The translations under genes were made by a program, and so were the position numbers. The notes below the pieces were generated by a model that made no database searches, was not told where the DNA came from, and saw only the letters and a program-made list of their open reading frames with translations. Positions 1 through 12,210 of a stretch of 64,000 nucleotides of DNA are shown one piece after another. Positions within the stretch are counted from its first letter, which is position 1; each line of letters starts with the position of its first letter. Source of the DNA: Spirochaetales bacterium (GTDB lineage: Bacteria > Spirochaetota > Spirochaetia > SZUA-6 > RPPD01); assembly GCA_016934415.1 (NCBI GenBank), contig JAFGSW010000039.1, positions 4,224 to 68,223 on the forward strand, given 5' to 3'.

Positions 1-1160
1 ACCGTCCATTTGGCCGTGGGGTCGAAGACGATGAGGTCCGCATCCGCATTGTCCTCCAGGCGGCCCTTGCGCGGGGCGAGCCCGAAGATTGCGGCGGGGT
101 TTTCGGCGCACAGGCGCACCAGGTCGAACGGCGTGATGCGGTGGGCGTTGACGCCGAGCTCCCAGAGCACGGGGAGGATGGTCTCGACGCCGGGCGCGCC
201 GTAGGGCGCGGCTTCGAAATCGTCCCCGGCGTGCTTGGCCTTGGGCGCGTGGTCGCTTCCGATCGTGTCGATGGCCGTGTCCTCCACCGCCCCCCAGAGC
301 GCCTCCCGATCGTCTGAGTCCTTGATCGGCGGCCGAAGCTTGCCGAGGGGGCCCTTCGCCTTGAGCTCGTTCCAGCTGAAAGCCAGGTAATGGGGGCAGG
401 TTTCGCTCCGGAATTTGACGCCCTCCTCCCGGCCCAGGCTGAGAGCCTCGAGCGCCTTGCGCGACGAGATGTGGGGCAGGTAGACCGGGCAGCCGGTGAG
501 CTTGGCGAGGCAGAGCGTGCGGAAGACGGCCTCCTTGTCGAGGAGGGCGGGGCTGGTGGCGAGGAAGTTGTCCGCCGTCAGCGGCCGGTGCTTGTCCTCG
601 AGGTAGTCGACGGCCCGTCCGTTTTCGGCGTGCACGCAGGCGATCCCGCCCGCCTCGACGATTTTGTCGAAGGCGCGGATGAGCGCGTGGTCGTCGGTCA
701 TCCAGCCGAGTTTCTCGTAGGCGGTGAACATCTTGAAGGAACGGACGCCGCGCGCGGCCAGCTCCGGGATCGAGCCGAGCTGGTTTTTGGTGTCGAAGAA
801 CGAGGCGTGGAGGCCGAAGTCGACGCGCGAGGTCCGCTCGCCCTCGTCCCTCATGCGGGCGACGACGTCGAGGGGATTTTCCCCCGGTTTGATCGAGGCG
901 TAGTGGAGGAGGGTGGTGACCCCGCCGAAGGCCGCGGATTCCGACACGGCGCCGAGATCGTCCTCGTAGACCGGGTGCAGGTGGGGGTCGATCAAGCCGG
1001 GCATGATATAGCAGCCGGTGGCGTCCATCCGCTCATCGGCCTCGTACGATCCCGTCGGCGGAAGGAGCCGCATCGTTTCGCCCTCGACGCCGATCGTCAG
1101 TTTCTCGGTCTTCTCGGGATAGAGCAGCAGGCCGTTCTCGATCAGGTAGCGGTAGGGCAT
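1..1160 (-). CDS. Cyclic amidohydrolase (dihydropyrimidinase/allantoinase/dihydroorotase-like); 3' end runs off the window
   Basis: Not in the ORF track because it is truncated. Manual translation from ATG at 1160 (RBS AAAGGAG): MPYRYLIENG...MPGLIDPHLH...AAFGGVTT...SFKMF...VHAEN...ETCPHYL...IGSDHAP...KGRL...DADLIVFDP. Confidence 0.85.
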   Translation of the reverse strand, partial: MPYRYLIENGLLLYPEKTEKLTIGVEGETMRLLPPTGSYEADERMDATGCYIMPGLIDPHLHPVYEDDLGAVSESAAFGGVTTLLHYASIKPGENPLDVVARMRDEGERTSRVDFGLHASFFDTKNQLGSIPELAARGVRSFKMFTAYEKLGWMTDDHALIRAFDKIVEAGGIACVHAENGRAVDYLEDKHRPLTADNFLATSPALLDKEAVFRTLCLAKLTGCPVYLPHISSRKALEALSLGREEGVKFRSETCPHYLAFSWNELKAKGPLGKLRPPIKDSDDREALWGAVEDTAIDTIGSDHAPKAKHAGDDFEAAPYGAPGVETILPVLWELGVNAHRITPFDLVRLCAENPAAIFGLAPRKGRLEDNADADLIVFDPTAKWT

Positions 1161-1193
1161 CGGTAATCTCCTTTAGCGGGCGGGGAAAAAGTG

Positions 1194-1378
1194 AACCACG
1201 GATTTACGCGGATAAGACGGATAATCACGGATAAGGTAGGGAGCAGGGAGAAAATACAAGCGCATTTATATTTCGTCATGACATCCTTTTTTTTTCATTC
1301 CCTTGTTCTCTGCATTTATTTCCAATTCTCTTCCCTTTCCTATCCGTGTCATCGGCTGCATCCGTGTCATCCGTGGTT
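1194..1378. repeat. Bipartite inverted-repeat element, empty type (185 bp)
   Basis: Left arm AACCACGGATTTACGCGGATAAGACGGATAATCACGGAT; right arm ATCCGTGTCATCGGCTGCATCCGTGTCATCCGTGGTT; AT-rich interior. Confidence 0.85.
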
Positions 1379-2665
1379 CCCTATCTCCTCCGCCGCGGCG
1401 AAGATCTCCTTGAACATCTCCTCCAGGTCCTCCTCGTCGACCGAGGCGAAGCTCACGCGGAGGAGATCCGGTCCGAGGGCGATGACGCCGACGCCCCGTT
1501 CCTTGAGGAGCCGCTCGCGCAGGGCGGGGGCGTCGACGCCGTCGGTGCGGAAGGCGACGAAATACCCCGAATTGAAGGGCAGGGGACGGAGCCGGGCGGA
1601 CGGGGAGCGTTCGAGAATCGCCTTCACCCTCCGATACCGCCGCTCCAGTTTCCGGAAGGCCTCCCGCTTCTCTTCCTTGTACGCCTGGTTCCCGAGGAGC
1701 CGGACGAGCAGGCTTTGCGCCGGCATCGAGGCGGACGACACCGAGGTGCGGACGGCGGCGAGGCATTTCTGCTCCAGGGCGTCATAGTGTTCCCGCGCCA
1801 GCCCTTTGGACGCCAGGGTGATGAAGCCGATCCTGAACCCCCAGGCGAAATCCTCCTTGGTGGCGCCGTCGACCTTGCAGGCCAGGATGTTCTCATGCAG
1901 GCCGGCCAGGCGCGCGAACAGGGACTGGCGAAAAAGGCCGTCTTCGTAATAAAGCCCGAAATAGGCGTCGTCGACGATGACGAGGAGCCTCCGTCCCCGC
2001 CGGGCGGCGGTCAGGAGCACGTGTATCAGTTGTTCTGTTTCTTCATTATATAAAGAGTATCCCGTCGGGTTGTGGGGAAAATTGAGAATGAGAATCGTCT
2101 TCCCCGGCGCGGCCGCGTCCGAAAGACGCCTCTCGATTTCCGAAACGTTGAATTTCATGTCCGCGCCGAAGAGGCGAAACGTCGACCAGGCGGCGCCTTT
2201 TTTTATTTTAAAGATGAGCTCGTAATTTTCCCAGGCCGGTTCCGCGCAGAGGAGCGTATCGCCTTCGTCCGTGAAGAGGTCGGCGGCCACCGCCAGGCCG
2301 TGGGTGACGCCCGCGGTGACCAGGGGCAGCGTGGAGGCGACGCCCCCGAGGTCGGGATTTTTTTCGATGTGTTCCCGGCGCCAGATACGGCGCAACTCGG
2401 GGATCCCGCCCGTGGGCGCGTAGTCGACGCATTCCGCCGGGCTCAAACCCCGCCACGCGGCACCCAGCGAGGGGAGCAGGAACGGCGCGTTCTTTTCCTT
2501 GGCCACCCCGGCCGTGGCGTTGAAGCGCGGCTTCGCCCGGCCCGCTTCCTGCGCCTGGGCGGTGATTCCCCTGGGGAAATAGAGCATTCGGCCCTGTTTC
2601 GACAGAAGGGACTCGACGATCGTGCCCTGAAAATGGCGGTTGAGGTCCTCGGCGAGGGGATGCAT
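1367..2665 (-). CDS. PLP-dependent class I/II aminotransferase
   Basis: YAPTGGIPELR, LNFPHNPTGYS, IVDDAYFGL, KVDGATKE...GFRIGF motifs. Confidence 0.88.
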   Translation of the reverse strand: MHPLAEDLNRHFQGTIVESLLSKQGRMLYFPRGITAQAQEAGRAKPRFNATAGVAKEKNAPFLLPSLGAAWRGLSPAECVDYAPTGGIPELRRIWRREHIEKNPDLGGVASTLPLVTAGVTHGLAVAADLFTDEGDTLLCAEPAWENYELIFKIKKGAAWSTFRLFGADMKFNVSEIERRLSDAAAPGKTILILNFPHNPTGYSLYNEETEQLIHVLLTAARRGRRLLVIVDDAYFGLYYEDGLFRQSLFARLAGLHENILACKVDGATKEDFAWGFRIGFITLASKGLAREHYDALEQKCLAAVRTSVSSASMPAQSLLVRLLGNQAYKEEKREAFRKLERRYRRVKAILERSPSARLRPLPFNSGYFVAFRTDGVDAPALRERLLKERGVGVIALGPDLLRVSFASVDEEDLEEMFKEIFAAAEEIGNHG

Positions 2666-2868
2666 GGCCTTGAAGGATAGCCGCTCGAATTGAGCTTGTC
2701 AATTGGAGGTATTCGTATTATAGTAATCCGTCGCTTGGGGGGCCGGCGGCATCCTCGAAAACAACGAAGAGTGACGCCCATTGCGAATCTATTGACTTTA
2801 CAAATTATCTGTGTTAAGGTCAGGCCGCATTTTTGGAAGGCAAAAATAGGGAAACTCGGGAGGTGAGC

Positions 2869-3323
2869 ATGGATACGAAGGAGATAATCGACCTCTTTGA
2901 GAAATTCGAAAACAGTTCGTTAAGCGAAATATCGATAAAAAAGGGCGATGTCGAAGTCATGATGAAAAAAGGCGGCGTGGAAAAACCGGTCGCCTACGTC
3001 GAACGTCGCGCCGGGTCCGTGGCGCAACCCGCCGCGGCCGCGCATCCGATTCAGAATACAGACGCTCCGGCCCGGAACTCGAACGGTCACGAGACGATCA
3101 ACTCGCCCATGGTGGGAACGTTCTACAGGGCTCCCGCTCCCGACGCCCCGCCGTTCGTGGACGTCGGCGCCAGGGTGAAAAAAGGCCAGACGCTCTGCAT
3201 TCTGGAAGCGATGAAGCTGATGAACGAGTTCGAGGTCGAATTCGATTGTGAAATCGTGAAAATACTGGTCGAAAACGGCAAAATGGTTGAGTTCGGAACG
3301 CCGCTCTTCGAGGTCAAGAAGAC

Positions 3324-3327
<4 letters not shown>
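2869..3327 (+). CDS. accB: Acetyl-CoA carboxylase biotin carboxyl carrier protein
   Basis: [11 protein letters not shown] and EAMKLMNE biotinylation motif; RBS GGAGG before ATG 2869. Confidence 0.95.
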
Positions 3328-4645
<1,318 letters not shown>

Positions 4646-4649
<4 letters not shown>

Positions 4650-5536
4650 GCGTCTTAGGCAAGGTCCGGGCCTGGTTTCGCGGCGAATACTCCCGGAAGC
4701 ACAAGCTCATCACCCATTTCATCAAGGACGGCGACGAACGCCTGTTCGTCGAGAAAAAACACGAGTGTCCCGCCTGTCATGAAGACCTGAACCAGCCGGA
4801 GCTCGAGGAGGCCATGTACGTCTGCCCGAACTGCAACCACCACTTCCGCATCACGCCCTGGGAGCGGATCAAGTTCACGGCGGATGGGGGCGTTTTTCAC
4901 GAGTTCGCCTCAGACCTGGAGAGCCAGAACCCGCTCGATTTTCCCGATTACGAAAAGCAGATCGCTTCGGACATGAAAAAGACGGGTTTGAAGGAAGCGG
5001 TCGTGACCGGCATCTGCCGCATCGAGCGGAAGGAAGTGGTGATGGCCATCATGGCCTTTCAGTTCCGGGGCGGCAGCGTGGGCTCGGTGGTCGGGGAAAA
5101 AGTCACCCGCGCCATGCTCCTGGCGGCGGAGAAGGGACTGCCCATCGTCATTTTCACCGCCTCCGGCGGCATGCGCATGCAGGAGGGAATTTTCTCCCTC
5201 ATGCAGATGGCGAAGACCTCGGCGGCGGTCAACTTCCTCGAAGAGCGGAAGATCCCGCTTTTCATCGTCCTCACCGATCCCACCTCGGGCGGCACGACGG
5301 CTTCCTACGGCATGCTCGGAGACGTCATCCTCGCCGAGCCGGGCGCGCTCGTCGGGTTCGCCGGACGGCGCGTGCTCGACGGCACCATCAAGGAAAAACT
5401 CCCCGACAACTTCCAGACCGCCGAGTTCCAGCAGGAAAAGGGATTCGTGGACGCCATCGTCTCCCGGAGCGACATGCGCAAGACCCTGTCGTTCCTCATC
5501 GAGGCGCACGCCGATGCGCAGAGGGCATGGAAATGA
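4646..5536 (+). CDS. accD: Acetyl-CoA carboxylase carboxyltransferase beta subunit
   Basis: C-terminal part of the 3470..5536 ORF; GTG start overlapping the accC stop; CPAC/CPNC zinc finger, GGSVGSVVGEK, SGGMRMQEG, GFAGRRV. Confidence 0.92.
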
Positions 5537-6504
5537 AGGACATAAGGAAGAAGCTGTCGGAGCTCAAGGAGCTCGCCCTGAAGGAACGGCTCAACATCGC
5601 CGAGGAGATCAGGCAGCTCGAATCCAAGCTCCACGGCGGCAACCACAACAACAATTCCGCCTGGTCGAAGGTGAAACTGTCGCGGCTCATCGAGCGGCCG
5701 ACCACGCTCGATTACATCAACATCATTTTCGACGACTTCATTGAGCTGCACGGCGACCGGCTTTTCGCCGACGATCCGGCCATGGTCGGGGGCATCGGGC
5801 TCCTCAACGGCAGGCCGGTGACGATCATCGGGCAGCAGCGCGGCCGGAACTTGAAGGAAAACCTGAAGCGCAACGGGGGCATGGCCCTTCCCGAGGGCTA
5901 CCGCAAGGCCCTGCGCCTCGTCCGGCAGGCGGAGAAATTCGGCCGGCCGGTCGTCTCCCTGGTGGATACCCAGGGCGCATACGGCGGGGTCGAGGCCGAA
6001 GAGCGCGGAATCGCCGAGGCCATCGCGCGCAATCTCAAGGAATTCTTCGCGGTCAAGGTGCCGATCATCGTCGTTATCATCGGCCAGGGCGGATCCGGCG
6101 GCGCGCTCGGCATCGGCATCGGGGACACCGTTTTCATGCTCGAGAACTCCACCTATTCGGTCATATCGCCGGAGGGCTGCGCCTCGATCCTGCTCCGCGA
6201 CGGCAGCAAGGCGCAGTTCGCCGCCTCCATCATGAAACCGACCGCCCGGGACCTCTATTTCTTCAAGGTCATCGACGAGATCATCGAGGAACCCGCCGGC
6301 GGCGCGCATACGAATCCCGAAGTGGCCGCGGCCAACATCAAGAACGCGATCTGGCGGGAGCTCGTCAGGCTCATGCCCTTGCCCAAAGAGCAGCTCCTGA
6401 AGGAGCGTTTCGAGAAGTTCCGGAAAATGGGCGTATTTTTCGAAAAGCAGGATGCCAAGAAGGGGATACTGCGCCGGCTCTTCGGGCGCAAGAACAATCG
6501 CTGA
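5527..6504 (+). CDS. accA: Acetyl-CoA carboxylase carboxyltransferase alpha subunit
   Basis: ELHGDR, PEGYRKALR, GGSGGAL, YSVISPEGCASIL, IDEIIEEPAGGAH. Confidence 0.95.
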   Translation: MEMKDIRKKLSELKELALKERLNIAEEIRQLESKLHGGNHNNNSAWSKVKLSRLIERPTTLDYINIIFDDFIELHGDRLFADDPAMVGGIGLLNGRPVTIIGQQRGRNLKENLKRNGGMALPEGYRKALRLVRQAEKFGRPVVSLVDTQGAYGGVEAEERGIAEAIARNLKEFFAVKVPIIVVIIGQGGSGGALGIGIGDTVFMLENSTYSVISPEGCASILLRDGSKAQFAASIMKPTARDLYFFKVIDEIIEEPAGGAHTNPEVAAANIKNAIWRELVRLMPLPKEQLLKERFEKFRKMGVFFEKQDAKKGILRRLFGRKNNR

Positions 6505-6514
6505 CCTTCCCGGC

Positions 6515-7231
6515 TCAATTTTTCAGGAATTGCTCAAAATACGGCCGCACGAGCATGAGCAGAAATACGCCTATGTCGTAGAGCGCGTGCCCCCACGCCA
6601 CGGCGTGCAGATCCTTCCTTAACACGAAGATGACGCCGAACGATGCGCCGATGAGAGCGGTCGCCGCCACACCCAGGAGCCCCTGGTTCCAGTGGGCCAA
6701 ACCGAATACGAGCGAGGTGCCGACGATCGCCCAGACGGGCTTCACGCCGAGCTCCCCCAGGCGGGGAATCAAATAGGACCTGAAAAGCAACTCCTCCCGG
6801 TAGCCGACGAAAATGCAGAAAGCGATCATGAGCGGGATTTCTTCGGGCGAGGTGATGGCGAAGGGGGCCTGTTTGAACAGGCTCTCGCGAACGCCCTCCG
6901 GAAGGAGATAGCTCGCGTACGCTACCGCCGACATTGAGATGAACGCGCCGCCGAGGCCGATCAATGCCCACCCGAGGGAGCTCCAGCGCGGTTTCTTGAT
7001 TCCGTACGCGGGCAGCGGGACTTTCTGCAGGGAGAGGATGTACACGAGGAGGCCCATTTGGGGAACGGCCATGATGATGTACACCACCATTTGGATGGGG
7101 GAGGGGGTCGTCGAGCCGACCGCCCCGGGAATGAAATATATCGGGAAGGGAATGAAAAGCAGAAAGACGAGGGCCATTTCGGTGATGAGACTGCGTATCG
7201 ATTTTTTCTTATCGGGCTCCACCATGCTCAT
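6515..7231 (-). CDS. CPBP (CAAX/Abi) family intramembrane metalloprotease
   Basis: EELLFR, FGLAH, H-x-x-x-D motifs, several TM segments; start placed at ATG after GAGGAG. Confidence 0.85.
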   Translation of the reverse strand: MSMVEPDKKKSIRSLITEMALVFLLFIPFPIYFIPGAVGSTTPSPIQMVVYIIMAVPQMGLLVYILSLQKVPLPAYGIKKPRWSSLGWALIGLGGAFISMSAVAYASYLLPEGVRESLFKQAPFAITSPEEIPLMIAFCIFVGYREELLFRSYLIPRLGELGVKPVWAIVGTSLVFGLAHWNQGLLGVAATALIGASFGVIFVLRKDLHAVAWGHALYDIGVFLLMLVRPYFEQFLKN

Positions 7232-7448
7232 GACGGCCGGACTCCTCGTGCCGCCGCATCGAACGGAAAAGGACAGGAAACCTTTCCGATAGCGCATCCC
7301 GCGGCGATTGTTTTGATGCATATGTACTCAAGTTGCGTGAAAAAGTCAACGTCCTCCCCTCGATTCAGTATATAAAAGGAAATCCTCCCCGGAAACCGGT
7401 GGCATCATATTGTATAAAGTTCTATAATATCTATTCGATAATAAGATT

Positions 7449-8513
7449 ATGTGGATTCTCATTGGAGCCCTGATCCTCCTCCTCTTCCTGGCCGTCGGCG
7501 CGTTTTTCATCCTGCGGCGTCTCGGGGGGAGGAAATTCCCCTGGGTGCAATTTTACATTCGGGGCAAGGAATCAGGGTTCAGCTTCAAGGAGATCAACCT
7601 CCTCCGGAGGATCGCCGTCGAGGGGCAGATGCAGAATCCGACGTCCCTCTTCTGGTCCGTCAAGCAGCTCGACCGGTCGATCAGGAGCCTCATCCTCAAG
7701 TACCGTTCTCTGGGCCAGGAAAACGAGGAGAAGAGCGTCTCGATGGTGGCCAAGCTCCTCGCTTTCCGCAAGAAGGTGGAGTTGAGCCAGCCCAAGTACA
7801 AGATCGGCATCAAATCCACCCGCCAGATCGTCCAGCACCAGCGCCTGCGCATCATGCTCCCCGGAGCGGGACCGTTCTTTTCAACGGTCGTGGAAAACCT
7901 GCGGCGCTACATGGCGTTTTCCTATCCGCAGGGGCCGAAGGTGCCGCCCGGCTTTTCCTGGAAGGGCCGTAAAATCGGGGTGTATTTTTTCAGGCAGGCG
8001 GACGCCGGCTACTATTTCCAAACCAAGGTCGCCAACGACTTCATCGACAAGAAATATCCCATCCTTCATGTCGCCCACGCCGACAATTTGATCCGGACCC
8101 AGAAGCGCCGCTCGGTGCGCGTCGATTGCAACCTCCCGGCCATGCTCTACCCGCTTCGCACCTTGAACGAGGGCAATGAGTCGCCCGAGGCGGCGGTCGG
8201 CCTGCGCTCCCGCATTATCGACGTGTCGGAGGACGGCGCCGCCATCCTCATCGGCGGGAAGGCCAAAGTGGGCATCATCATCAAGGTTCAATTTCTCTTG
8301 GGCGATTCATCCATCGTGTTGAGCGGCGTGGTGAAGAACATCAATTTCGATCCCAAGAAAAACCGCTCGATTCTTCATCTCCAGGCGCAGCCTTTGAGCC
8401 TGATCATGCAGAACCGCGTCCTCGAGTACGTGTATAATATTTTCGGCGAGCGCGAAACCCCATCCTCCTTCACTCCCGAGAATCCGGACGCGGCGTCACC
8501 GCTGCCGGGCTGA
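7449..8513 (+). CDS. PilZ-domain (flagellar brake-like) c-di-GMP-binding protein with N-terminal TM anchor
   Basis: QKRRSVR (RxxxR) and DVSEDG (DxSxxG) PilZ motifs. Confidence 0.85.
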   Translation: MWILIGALILLLFLAVGAFFILRRLGGRKFPWVQFYIRGKESGFSFKEINLLRRIAVEGQMQNPTSLFWSVKQLDRSIRSLILKYRSLGQENEEKSVSMVAKLLAFRKKVELSQPKYKIGIKSTRQIVQHQRLRIMLPGAGPFFSTVVENLRRYMAFSYPQGPKVPPGFSWKGRKIGVYFFRQADAGYYFQTKVANDFIDKKYPILHVAHADNLIRTQKRRSVRVDCNLPAMLYPLRTLNEGNESPEAAVGLRSRIIDVSEDGAAILIGGKAKVGIIIKVQFLLGDSSIVLSGVVKNINFDPKKNRSILHLQAQPLSLIMQNRVLEYVYNIFGERETPSSFTPENPDAASPLPG

Positions 8514-8652
8514 AATAAGTCCCCCCCCACACCGATTCCCTCCCGCCCAGAAAAAAAGTTGAATTCGCACCGCTGGCGGCTTAAGATTGAAGCGAAGACT
8601 GCAATGCGCGGGGAACGCCCGGGCGTTCCCCATTGCGACGGGAGAGGCTGTG

Positions 8653-9840
8653 ATGAAAAGAATAGTCGTGTTTTTATTGGCGGTCCTGGCCGCGCCTGTT
8701 GTATGCGCCCAGGAGAACCAGGCCCTGCTCGATGCCTATGTCAAAAATTTCGACAAGGGAAACGAGGACGCGAAGTTCCGTCTCATTGAGGACGCCTCGG
8801 CGCTTAACAATCCGGCGCTGGCGCCCCTGTTCCGGCGGGCCATCGACTTCGCCGTAAGCACCTCGGAATTCGGCAAGAACAAGTCGCTCATCCGCCAATT
8901 CTCCGTGCTTTCGGTCGAGCAGTGCGAGCGGTACAAGCACGTCGAGGCGCGGACCGTCATCTGGAAGCTCTTTCTCATGGACGACGATTCCAATGTGCGC
9001 TTGAAAACGCTCAAGGCGCTCGGCGCGCTCGCCAAGGGAGACATGACGATCATCGGCAGCCTGAACAACTGGCTGGCCGCGCAGATAAGCTCGTATCGGA
9101 CGACCGGCGGCCGGAAGCCCCATCTGGGGATCATCCTGCGCTGCGTCCTCACCTTGGGCGAGCTGGGGGATGAATCGTCGTTTCCCGTTGTCTTCAATGT
9201 CATGCATACGGGATTTTCCCGGGAAGTGGACGACGCCTGCCGCCAGGTGCTGATCGGGATGAAGGGCGACTTCAAGCCCCTCCTCTCGAACCTCATCGCC
9301 GACGGCACGATCCGTGAAAAACGGGACGCGCTCCAGGTCGCCCTCGATTCCACCCGGATGAGCGACGGCGACAAGGCCGAGATCGCCGTGCTCGGCCTGG
9401 ACAAGGGACTCACCGTGAGCGGCGCCACGGCGCAGGACGCGAAAGACCTGCGCGACATGCGCATGCGCTCCACGAAGGCGCTGGGGATCCGCCGGTGGTC
9501 CAAGGCCACGCCCCTCATCCTCAGGTATTTCGAGGAGACCCTGCCCGAGTACGACAAGGGCGTCGCCAACAAGACCGAGTTGCTTGAGATCATCCGGGCG
9601 CTCGGCAGCATGGGAACGCACGAGGCCGCCCAGCGCCTCGCCCTGTACTTGAACTTCCTCAACATTTACACGGAGAAGAGGAAAGTCTATGACGAGCAGA
9701 TCGTCACCGAGGTCGTCGACGGCCTGGGTCGGCTGGGAGACAAGGTCGCGTTCGACTATCTCATGAACGTGAAATTCCTCAACTATTCCGCGAGGATCAA
9801 GACGAACGCGGACGAGGCGATCAAGAGCCTGAAATGGTGA
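8653..9840 (+). CDS. Secreted HEAT-repeat protein
   Basis: Signal peptide MKRIVVFLLAVLAAPVVCA; repeated ALGxLG helical motifs. Confidence 0.75.
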   Translation: MKRIVVFLLAVLAAPVVCAQENQALLDAYVKNFDKGNEDAKFRLIEDASALNNPALAPLFRRAIDFAVSTSEFGKNKSLIRQFSVLSVEQCERYKHVEARTVIWKLFLMDDDSNVRLKTLKALGALAKGDMTIIGSLNNWLAAQISSYRTTGGRKPHLGIILRCVLTLGELGDESSFPVVFNVMHTGFSREVDDACRQVLIGMKGDFKPLLSNLIADGTIREKRDALQVALDSTRMSDGDKAEIAVLGLDKGLTVSGATAQDAKDLRDMRMRSTKALGIRRWSKATPLILRYFEETLPEYDKGVANKTELLEIIRALGSMGTHEAAQRLALYLNFLNIYTEKRKVYDEQIVTEVVDGLGRLGDKVAFDYLMNVKFLNYSARIKTNADEAIKSLKW

Positions 9841-11339
9841 AACTCGCCCGGCCGGCGGGAATCGCGGACTACGCCAAGCGCGGCCCGGCTTTCCTTTTCT
9901 TCCTGGGCCTTGTTGCGGCGGCTCTCCTCGTCATGTATCTCAACCGCCCCGAGCTCTCGATTGCGGCCTGCCTCATCGCGATGGGCGTGGGCGGCTGGGG
10001 AGCGGCTCGATTCTCAGCGAAGGGAAAGAATGATGTGTTCGCCTGGCTCGCGCTCGGCGTGGCTTCGGGGCTCCTTGTGGGAGGCGCGCAGAGCTACGCG
10101 CTCGCCGCGGAACGCGCCGCCTCGCATACGGCCATTCCGCTCGACGCGGCCTTCAGCTTCCGCCTGACGCTCACCGCGGACGGCGTGACCGCTCAAAACG
10201 GCGTGAAGGTGTACGCGGCCTCGCTCGCGGAAGCCGCCAATCGAAGCGGCGACAGGCGGGCTTCGGCTTCGGGCGCGGTCGCGGTGTTCGCGCCGAACGG
10301 CCCGGATCTTTTCTGGGGAGAGACGATCGACGTCGAGGGGACGCTTCGCGAAAATCAGGTTCCGGGCGGCGCGCGTTTCGTCCTCAACGCCCGCGGGCGG
10401 AGCGTCATGCGGCTCGGTTTCAACAGTCCGCTTCTGGCCGCGCGCGCCGCGGCGGTCCGCGCCTTTCTGGCCCGGATCGGGCGTCTCGGCGCCCCGGCCT
10501 CCTCCCTTTTCGCGGCCCTTTTTCTCGGCGTCAAGGACAATCTCGAGTTCGAGCTTCGCGACGCGTTCGCCCGCACCGGCAGCCTGCACCTGCTCGCGCT
10601 CTCCGGGCTGCACGTGGGCATGATCGCGGCCCTGGTCCTGTTTTTTCTCTCTCCCCTGCGCTCCAAAAAACTGAAAGCCGTCCTCGCGGCGCTTTTCGTG
10701 GGCGCTTACTTTTTTCTGGCCGGTCCCTCTCCTTCGCTGTTGCGCGCGGTGCTTATGCTCGGCCTCGGTACGATCGGCCTGCTCCTCGACCGCGAGGTCG
10801 ATCCGCTCCACGTGCTCCTGGCGAGCGCGGTCGTCGTCCTGCTCGTCGACCCGGAGAGCGTCCGTTCCCTGTCGTTCCAGCTCTCCTACCTCGCCCTGGC
10901 CGGCATTCTGACCTTCGGCCGCAGGCTGAACCGCGCCCTGACCCCCTTCCTGCCGGGCTTCGCGCGCGGACTCGTCTCCGCCGTGATCGCCGCCCAGGCG
11001 TTTACGGCGCCGCTTATCTTTCAGACGTTCGGCACCGTCTATCCGGTCGGCCTCGTCGCGTCCCTCCTCCTGGTTCCGCTCACCACGGCGTACGTCTGGT
11101 CGGGAACGGGATTTCTCGTCGTGAGCCTGATTCCGTTTCCGCCGCTGGAAGAGGCGGTCCGTTTTCTCATGGATGCCCAATACCGCCTCATCTTCGGAAT
11201 CAGCGATTTTTTTAAAAACGCGCCCGGCGTCACCGTCGTCTGGAGCGACTGGCTCTGGATCCCGGCGCTCGCGGCATGGCTTGCCCTGGTCGCGGGGATT
11301 CCGGTACAAAGAAGGCATGAATTACGACTCACCGGCTGA
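9834..11339 (+). CDS. comEC: ComEC/Rec2 competence protein
   Basis: HLLALSGLHVG, PSLLRA, SFQLSY motifs. Confidence 0.88.
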   Translation: MVKLARPAGIADYAKRGPAFLFFLGLVAAALLVMYLNRPELSIAACLIAMGVGGWGAARFSAKGKNDVFAWLALGVASGLLVGGAQSYALAAERAASHTAIPLDAAFSFRLTLTADGVTAQNGVKVYAASLAEAANRSGDRRASASGAVAVFAPNGPDLFWGETIDVEGTLRENQVPGGARFVLNARGRSVMRLGFNSPLLAARAAAVRAFLARIGRLGAPASSLFAALFLGVKDNLEFELRDAFARTGSLHLLALSGLHVGMIAALVLFFLSPLRSKKLKAVLAALFVGAYFFLAGPSPSLLRAVLMLGLGTIGLLLDREVDPLHVLLASAVVVLLVDPESVRSLSFQLSYLALAGILTFGRRLNRALTPFLPGFARGLVSAVIAAQAFTAPLIFQTFGTVYPVGLVASLLLVPLTTAYVWSGTGFLVVSLIPFPPLEEAVRFLMDAQYRLIFGISDFFKNAPGVTVVWSDWLWIPALAAWLALVAGIPVQRRHELRLTG

Positions 11340-12210
11340 GATCAGGGCCGTGCTGGAGAAACACGGGCTCGCCCTCAAAAAACGATTCGGGCAGAATTTT
11401 CTCGTCAACCGCCACGCGCGTGAACGGATCGCCGGGCTGCTCGAGGCGGGACGCGACGATCTTGTCTGGGAGATCGGGCCGGGGCTCGGCGCCATGACCG
11501 GGCTCCTCCTCGAGCGCGCGCGACGGGTCCTGGCCTTCGAGATCGACCGCGGCCTGGTGCGCGCGCTCCGAGAGCTTTTTCCAGACCGCCCCTCGCTTGA
11601 GATCATCGAGGGGGACGCGCTCGACACCATGGGACCGGCGGGGGAGAAGCGCGGGGCGCCAAACCGTATCCTGGGCAACCTGCCGTACTCGAGCGCTTCG
11701 CGCATCATCGCCTTTTTCATCGAGCGGGAGATCGGGGCGCAAAAAATCGTCGTCACCGTGCAGAAGGACCTGGCGCTGCGCATGCGCGCCTCGCCCGGCG
11801 AAAAGATCTATTCCTCGTTTTCGGTTCTGACCCAATCGTTCTTCGACGTCCGCCTTGAATTCGACCTCAAGGGCGGGAACTTTTTCCCGCGTCCCGAAGT
11901 GGACTCCTCCGTCGTGTCGCTCGTCCCGGCCTCCCGGCTCCCGCCGGGACCCGGCCGCGCGGTCTTCTTCCGGCTCATCCGGCTCGCCTTCGGCTCCCGG
12001 CGCAAGACGCTCAACAACAATCTGTTCAAGTCCGGCGCCTTCTCCCCCGAAGAGCTTACGGCGATGCGCGCCTTCTGGGAGCGGCGGGAGTTGAGCCCGA
12101 ACGCCCGCGCCGAGGACCTGGCGCCGGAGGTCTATCGCGATTTAGCCCTCACTCTGGCGGGGATTCACTCGGGAGAGGGAACCACGGATGGGCACGGATT
12201 GGACGGATAA
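11317..12210 (+). CDS. rsmA: 16S rRNA m6,2A dimethyltransferase KsgA
   Basis: KKRFGQNFL, EIGPGLG, GNLPY, FFPRPEVDS, RRKTLNN; true start at MNYDSP (11317). Confidence 0.95.
   Translation: MNYDSPAEIRAVLEKHGLALKKRFGQNFLVNRHARERIAGLLEAGRDDLVWEIGPGLGAMTGLLLERARRVLAFEIDRGLVRALRELFPDRPSLEIIEGDALDTMGPAGEKRGAPNRILGNLPYSSASRIIAFFIEREIGAQKIVVTVQKDLALRMRASPGEKIYSSFSVLTQSFFDVRLEFDLKGGNFFPRPEVDSSVVSLVPASRLPPGPGRAVFFRLIRLAFGSRRKTLNNNLFKSGAFSPEELTAMRAFWERRELSPNARAEDLAPEVYRDLALTLAGIHSGEGTTDGHGLDG

Noticed and set aside
390..1166. 258-aa plus-strand ORF and the many other long antisense or alternate-frame ORFs (e.g. 3489-4580, 40235-41677, 46694-48019)
   Set aside because: Shadow ORFs of well-supported genes, expected in high-GC DNA; no motifs.
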